From Burkholderiales bacterium (GTDB lineage: Bacteria; Pseudomonadota; Gammaproteobacteria; Burkholderiales; SG8-39): 64,000 bases of DNA. The DNA is taken from positions 25,880 through 89,879 of the forward strand of contig DASUFD010000124.1 in assembly GCA_036274735.1 (NCBI GenBank), read 5' to 3'. The notes below the pieces were generated by a model. That model was given only the letters and a program-made list of their open reading frames with translations. It did no database searches and had not been told where the DNA came from. Made by a program: the position numbers and the translations under genes. This document shows, piece by piece, positions 57,831 through 64,000 of the stretch (the first letter of the stretch is position 1; each line of letters starts with the position of its first letter).

Positions 57831-58918
57831 CGCAGCTTCAGCGTCGAGAGACCGAAGAGCACGAGCATCATGGTGATGATCCAGAAGCGCACCACTACCT
57901 GGCTTTCCTTCCAGCCCTCGAGCTCGTAGTGGTGGTGCAGCGGCGCCATGCGGAAGATGCGCTTGCCGCCACTCCAGCGGAAGTACAGCACCTGGATCAT
58001 CACCGAGAGCGTCTCGGCGACGAACACGCCGCCCATGATGAAGAGCACGATCTCCTGGCGGATGATCACGGCGACGGTGCCGAGCGCCGCACCGAGCGCT
58101 AGGGCGCCGACGTCGCCCATGAAGACCTCGGCCGGATAGGCGTTGAACCAAAGAAAGCCGAGTCCCGCGCCGGCGAGCGCGCCGCAGATCACCGCCAGCT
58201 CGCCCGCGCCCGGGATGTAGGGCAAGCCGAGATACTTGGAAAACACGGCGTGCCCGGCCACGTAGGCGAAGATGCCGAGCGCGCTGCCGACCATCACCGT
58301 GGGCATGATCGCCAAGCCGTCGAGCCCGTCGGTGAGGTTCACGGCATTGGAGGTGCCGACGATGACGAAGAAGGTGAGCGCGATGAAGCCGAAGATGCCG
58401 AGCGGATAGGCGATATGCTTGAAGAAGGGCACGATCAGCTGGTTCATTCCCGGCGTGCTCTGCGCGAGCGCCGCGAGGGTGACGGCCGCGGCGAGGCCGA
58501 TGACCGATTGCCAGAAGAATTTCGCTTTCGCCGACAAGCCCTTGGGATTGCGGTGCACCACTTTGCGGTAATCGTCGATCCAGCCCACGCTGCCGAATGC
58601 GAGCGTGACGAGCAGCACGACCCAGACGAGCTTGTTGCGCAAGTCGCCCCACAAGAGGACGGTGAGGCAGATCGAGACGAGGATCAGCGCGCCTCCCATG
58701 GTCGGCGTGCCGGCCTTGGTGAGATGGGAGCGGGGCCCGTCGTCGCGCACGGCCTGGCCGATCTTGTAGGCGGTGAGCTTGCGGATCATGGCCGGCCCGA
58801 GGACCAGCGACACGGCAAGCGCCGTGAGGCAGGCGAGCACCGCGCGCAAGGTAATGTAGTTGAAGACGTTGAAGACGCGCGCGTCGCGGGCGAGCCATTG
58901 CGCGAGCTCGAGAAGCAT
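57827..58918 (-). CDS. mraY: phospho-N-acetylmuramoyl-pentapeptide transferase
   Basis: [31 protein letters not shown]. Confidence 0.99.
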   Translation of the reverse strand: MLLELAQWLARDARVFNVFNYITLRAVLACLTALAVSLVLGPAMIRKLTAYKIGQAVRDDGPRSHLTKAGTPTMGGALILVSICLTVLLWGDLRNKLVWVVLLVTLAFGSVGWIDDYRKVVHRNPKGLSAKAKFFWQSVIGLAAAVTLAALAQSTPGMNQLIVPFFKHIAYPLGIFGFIALTFFVIVGTSNAVNLTDGLDGLAIMPTVMVGSALGIFAYVAGHAVFSKYLGLPYIPGAGELAVICGALAGAGLGFLWFNAYPAEVFMGDVGALALGAALGTVAVIIRQEIVLFIMGGVFVAETLSVMIQVLYFRWSGGKRIFRMAPLHHHYELEGWKESQVVVRFWIITMMLVLFGLSTLKLR

Positions 58919-60282
58919 CAGTGCACTCCTGGGACCGGGGCGCCGGTGAGGGCGGCGACGACGCGCTCCCTGCGCATGAAGCGCGAGCCCTTCACGAGCA
59001 CCGTCTTCGCCTCGACCGCCGCCACCAGCTCGTCGACGCCGTCGAAGTGTCGAGCGCCGGTACCGAACGCCGCCACCGCATGCGTCGTCGCCTCGCCGAG
59101 CGCGAGCAGGGCATCGATGCCCTTGGCGCGCGCATAGTCGCCGACCTCGTTATGAAACTGCGGCCCTTGCGCGCCGACCTCCCCCATGTCGCCGAGGACG
59201 AGCGCGGTCGGGCGCGGACACGAGGCGAGCACGTCGATCGCCGCGCGCACGGAATCGGGGTTGGCGTTGTAGGTGTCGTCGATTACGGTGACGCCGGCCA
59301 GGCCCTGCTTCACCTGCAGCCGGCCGATGTAGGGACGGAAGGCGCTCAATCCGGCGCCAATGCGCGCCGGCGGCACGCCGGCGGCGAGCGCGCAGGCCGC
59401 GGCGGCCAGTGCGTTGCGCACGTTGTGCAGGCCCGGGATGGCGAGAGTCGCATCGGCTTCGCCTTGCGGCGTGCGGATATGGATCTCGCTCGAGAGCTGC
59501 TTCAGCTCGTAGCGCCCGGTGACGGCGCCCGCCTGAAGCCCGAAATCGACGACCTGTCTTGGGTGCGCGCGGCGGCGTAGGTATTGCGCGCGCGCATCGT
59601 CGGCGTTGACGACGGCGACGCCGTGCGCGGGAAGGGCATCGTAGACGCTCGCGTTCTCGGCGGCGACTTCGTCGACCGAGCGCATGAACTCGAGGTGCTC
59701 GCGCTGCGCGTTGTTGACGAGCGCCACGGTGGGAGCGACGATGCCGGCCAGGTAGCCGATCTCGCCACGATGGTTCATCCCCAGCTCGATCACGCCCCAG
59801 CGATGCTCGGCGCGCAGCCGCAGCACGGTGAGCGGCACGCCGATATCGTTGTTGAGATTTCCGGCCGTGGCGAGCACGGCCGCCTCGTCGGCCGCCTCCT
59901 CTCTGGCGTGCAGACGCAAAACCGCCGCGAGCATTTCCTTCACCGTCGTCTTGCCGTTCGATCCGGTGATCGCCACCAGGGCGGGCGAGAAACGGCGACG
60001 CCAGGTACGGGCGAGATCGCCGAGCGCGCGGCGGGTATCCGCGACGATCAGCACCGGCAGCGGGAAGGGCCCGCCATAGGCGCGGTCGACCATGGCGGCC
60101 GCCGCGCCGCGCTCGGCGGCGGAGGCGAGGAAGTCGTGGCCGTCGAAGCGCTCGCCGCGCAGCGCGACAAACAGTTCGCCCGCTTTCAGCGCCCGGCTGT
60201 CCGTGCTCACGCCCGTGAAGCGCGCCGGCGCGCCGCTCGTTCTGCCCGCCACGGCCTCGGCCGCCTCGGCGAGGGTCATCAT
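58918..60282 (-). CDS. murF: UDP-MurNAc-tripeptide--D-Ala-D-Ala ligase
   Basis: [30 protein letters not shown]. Confidence 0.97.
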   Translation of the reverse strand: MMTLAEAAEAVAGRTSGAPARFTGVSTDSRALKAGELFVALRGERFDGHDFLASAAERGAAAAMVDRAYGGPFPLPVLIVADTRRALGDLARTWRRRFSPALVAITGSNGKTTVKEMLAAVLRLHAREEAADEAAVLATAGNLNNDIGVPLTVLRLRAEHRWGVIELGMNHRGEIGYLAGIVAPTVALVNNAQREHLEFMRSVDEVAAENASVYDALPAHGVAVVNADDARAQYLRRRAHPRQVVDFGLQAGAVTGRYELKQLSSEIHIRTPQGEADATLAIPGLHNVRNALAAAACALAAGVPPARIGAGLSAFRPYIGRLQVKQGLAGVTVIDDTYNANPDSVRAAIDVLASCPRPTALVLGDMGEVGAQGPQFHNEVGDYARAKGIDALLALGEATTHAVAAFGTGARHFDGVDELVAAVEAKTVLVKGSRFMRRERVVAALTGAPVPGVH

Positions 60283-61715
60283 CTCCGGTCCCGCGAGGCG
60301 AGCGCGGCGCGCGCCGCGGCTTCGTCGGAGAACGGCAAGCGCTCGCCGCGCACTTCCTGATAGCGCTCGTGGCCTTTTCCGGCCAGCAGGACGACGTCGC
60401 TGTTGGTAGCGGCAGCGAGTGCCAGCGCGATAGCCTGCGCGCGGTCGGCTTCGCTGTCGTAGCTTCGCCCGACTCCGGCGGCGATCGCGGCAATGATCGC
60501 CTCGGGATCTTCGCTGCGCGGATTGTCCGAGGTGAGTACGACTTGGTCGGCCAGCCGCCCGGCGACATTGCCCATGAGCGCGCGCTTGCTCGGATCACGA
60601 TCGCCCCCGGCGCCGAAGACCGCGATCAGCCGCCCGCCGCGCTGTTCTGCGATGGGCCGCAAGGCGCCGAGCACCTTCTCGAGCGCATCGGGCGTGTGAG
60701 CGTAGTCGATCACCACGAGCGGCCGTTCGCTCACCTTCTGCATCCGTCCGGGCACGGCGGGCAGCTCGGCGAGCAGCGGCACGGCATCGCGAAAAGCCAT
60801 GCCCTTGACGAGCAGGCATCCGAGCACGCCGAGCGCATTGGCGAGATTGAACCGGCCGACGGCGCTCACGCGCAGCGGCATGCGGCCCCAGCTGGACGCC
60901 ACTGCATCGCCGTCGAGAACGAGGTACTCCTCCACGCCCTCCGGCTGCGCGGCAAGCGCGTAGCCGACCGTGCGCACGCCTTGCGCACGCGTTCGGCGCG
61001 CAAGCTCGCGGCCAAACCGGTCGTCAAGATTGAGCACCGCGGCCTGCAGCCCGGGGGTATCGAAGAGCCGGGCCTTGGCGGCGCCATACGCCTCCATGGA
61101 GCCGTGATAGTCGAGATGATCGTGCGAGAGGTTCGTGAAGAGCGCGCAGGCGAAGTGCACGCCGTGCACTCGCCCTTGGACGAGCCCGTGCGAGGACACT
61201 TCCATCGCGGCGGCAGCGGCGCCATCGCGCGCGAACCCGGCGAGCCGCTCCTGCAGCTCGAGCGCGTCGGGCGTCGTGTTGCTGGCGTCGCGAAGCTTGC
61301 CGGGATAGCCGCTGCCCAGCGTACCGAGCACCGCCGCTTTGATTCCGGCTCTTCCGAGCAGCGCGGCGAGCCACTGGCTGCAGGAAGTCTTCCCGTTCGT
61401 CCCGGTCACGCCGCAGACCCAGAGCCGCTGCGACGGACGACCATAGAACTCTGCGGCGAGCTCTCCCGCGCGCTGCTTGAGTCCGACGACTCCCGCGTTG
61501 GGGATGCGCCAGGCTTGCGGCCAGGCGAACGCATCGGCTTTGTCCCAGAGCACCGCCGCGGCGCCGCGCGCGAGCGCATCCGGGATGAACGCACGACCGT
61601 CTGCCTTCTCCCCGGGATAAGCGAAGAACGCGACGCCCGGACCGCAGCGACGGCTGTCGGAGGAAAGCCGCTCGATCATCGCCCCTTGGGCCGCGAGACG
61701 CTCGAATGGCTCCAT
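60279..61715 (-). CDS. murE: UDP-MurNAc-dipeptide--meso-DAP ligase
   Basis: GTNGKTS, MEVSSH, DHLDYH, DYAHTPD, DNPR (DAP motif). Confidence 0.97.
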   Translation of the reverse strand: MEPFERLAAQGAMIERLSSDSRRCGPGVAFFAYPGEKADGRAFIPDALARGAAAVLWDKADAFAWPQAWRIPNAGVVGLKQRAGELAAEFYGRPSQRLWVCGVTGTNGKTSCSQWLAALLGRAGIKAAVLGTLGSGYPGKLRDASNTTPDALELQERLAGFARDGAAAAAMEVSSHGLVQGRVHGVHFACALFTNLSHDHLDYHGSMEAYGAAKARLFDTPGLQAAVLNLDDRFGRELARRTRAQGVRTVGYALAAQPEGVEEYLVLDGDAVASSWGRMPLRVSAVGRFNLANALGVLGCLLVKGMAFRDAVPLLAELPAVPGRMQKVSERPLVVIDYAHTPDALEKVLGALRPIAEQRGGRLIAVFGAGGDRDPSKRALMGNVAGRLADQVVLTSDNPRSEDPEAIIAAIAAGVGRSYDSEADRAQAIALALAAATNSDVVLLAGKGHERYQEVRGERLPFSDEAAARAALASRDRR

Positions 61716-61722
61716 GGCGGCC

Positions 61723-63443
61723 TCACGTGCTCTCTCCCGCTTCGTCGCTACCGTGCGGCGCGTCGAGCGGCTCGAGCGGCGCGTCGTACGGCACCGCCAG
61801 CATGCGCAGGATCGCCTGCGCCACCCGGGCGAAGATCGGCGCGGCCACCGAGCCGCCGTAGTAATCGTCGGCGCGCGGCTCGTCGACCATGACGGCGACG
61901 ACGATCCGCGGCGCCGAAGCGGGCGCCAGGCCGACGAACGAAGCGATGTATTTGTCCGCAGCGTAGCGGCCGTTCTCTTCCTTGTGCGCGGTCCCGGTCT
62001 TTCCGGCCACGCGGTAACCCATGATCCTCGCGCGCGGCCCGGTACCGCCTGGCTGCACCGCCAGCTCGAGCATGGCGCGCACCTCGCGGGCGGTTTCGGC
62101 CGACAGCACCTTCTCGCCGCTCGCTTCGGCGCCGGATTTGACCAACGAAAGCGGCACCAATTCCCCGTCGCGTGCGAAAACCGTATACGCCCGCGCGAGT
62201 TGCACGAGACTTAGCGAGATACCGTGGCCGTAGGCCATCGTCGCCTGCTCGATCGGCCGCCAATGGCGATAGTTGCGCAGTCTGCCCGCCGCCGCGCCGG
62301 GAAACCCGAGCTCGGGCGCCGTGCCGAAGCCGACGTGGCGGAAGAGGTCCCACATCACTTCGGCTGGCATCGCCAGCGCGAGCTTGGCCGCACCGACGTT
62401 GGAAGACTTCTGCAGCACCTGGGCCACGGTCAGCACGGCGGCGGGATGTACGTCGCGGATCGTATAGCGCGCGAGACTCATGCGCCCCGGCGCGGTAACC
62501 ACGGCCGTGCGTGGGGTGACGCGACCGGTCTCGAGTGCCGCTGCGATGGTAAAGGGCTTGAGCGTGGAGCCCGGTTCGAAGAGATCGGTGATCGCGCGGT
62601 TGCGCAGCTGCGCGCCGGTCAGCCTCGCCCGATTGTTGGGATTGAAGGACGGCACGTTCACGAGGGCGAGGATCTCCCCGCTGCGAACGTCGAGCGCAAC
62701 CAGCGCGCCGGCCTTGGCATGATGCTCCCGCACCGCCTCGCGCAAGGCGCCGTAGGCGAGGCTCTGCATCTTGCTGTCGATGGACAGCGTCAGGTCGCGT
62801 CCGTCCTGCGCCGCGCGGATCGATTCCACGTCTTCGACGACGCGGCCCAGGCGATCCTTGATCACCCGGCGGCTGCCCGCGCGCCCCGCGAGCAGGTCTT
62901 GATAGGCGAGCTCGACGCCCTCCTGACCGCTGTCGTCCACGCCGGTGAAGCCGATGACGTGCGCCGCGACTTCGCCGGCCGGGTAGTAGCGGCGGAACTC
63001 CTGCTGCTCATAGATGCCGCGCAGGCGCAGATCCTCGATGGCCTGCGCCGTTTGCGGAGCGATCTGGCGCTTGAGATAGACGAAATCGCGCGAAGCGTCG
63101 GCCAGCTTGCGATCGAGCTCGGCGCCGCTCATGCCAAGCAGCCCCTCGAGCCTGCGCTTGGCGGCGCGGCCGAGCTCGACGTCCCCGGGGATGGCCCAAA
63201 TCGACTTGACCGGGGTCGACACGGCGAGCGCCTCGCCGTTGCGATCGAGGATGCGACCGCGCGTCGCGGGCACTTCGAGCACCCGCGAATAGCGGGCGTC
63301 GCCTTTCTCCTGGAGGAACTCGGTATTGACGGTCTGCAGGTAAAGCGCGCGGGCCGACAGGGACACGAAGCCGAGGAGCAGGCCGGCGAGCAGCGCGCGA
63401 GCGCGCCACGCCGGCAGCCGTACCAGCCCCTGCGTCGCCCGGC

Positions 63444-63447
<4 letters not shown>
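61723..63447 (-). CDS. ftsI: penicillin-binding protein 3
   Basis: RGRILDRNG, STLK, SSN, KTG transpeptidase motifs. Confidence 0.96.

Positions 63448-64000
<553 letters not shown>

Overview
High-GC (visually about 70%) betaproteobacterial chromosome segment, very densely packed with about 66 CDS and many ATGA/GTGA/TAATG start-stop overlaps. I saw no rRNA, tRNA, CRISPR array, transposase or prophage gene. The core blocks are: alaS-recX-recA; pncC-pgpA-thiL-nusB-ribH-ribB; rplS-trmD-rimM-rpsP; ffh/ypjD/CNNM; pilC-pilD-coaE-zapD-yacG; mutT-argJ-secA-M23/dciA-lpxC; and the dcw cluster from ftsZ to a partial rsmH. Two accessory intervals interrupt this core. (1) About 6.5-22.3 kb, between recA and pncC, holds a solute-symporter-fused histidine kinase, a small membrane protein, a stand-alone receiver, an XRE/ScfR (PrpR/RamB-type) regulator, a divergent Liv-type ABC transporter with a Tat-signal binding protein, and an AmmeMemoRadiSam pair. 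(2) About 28.1-32.3 kb, between rpsP and ffh, holds an Mce/Mla-type operon with an apparently dead ATPase and a class III cyclase with non-canonical specificity residues. The most striking observation is that the transcription factor contains an internal histidine-kinase DHp (HisKA)-like segment. It matches the neighbouring kinase at 20/50 positions without gaps, including the phospho-acceptor His. This suggests a transporter-kinase > receiver > transcription factor relay (His-Asp-His or docking). All calls come from motif recognition by eye; no database searches were run.
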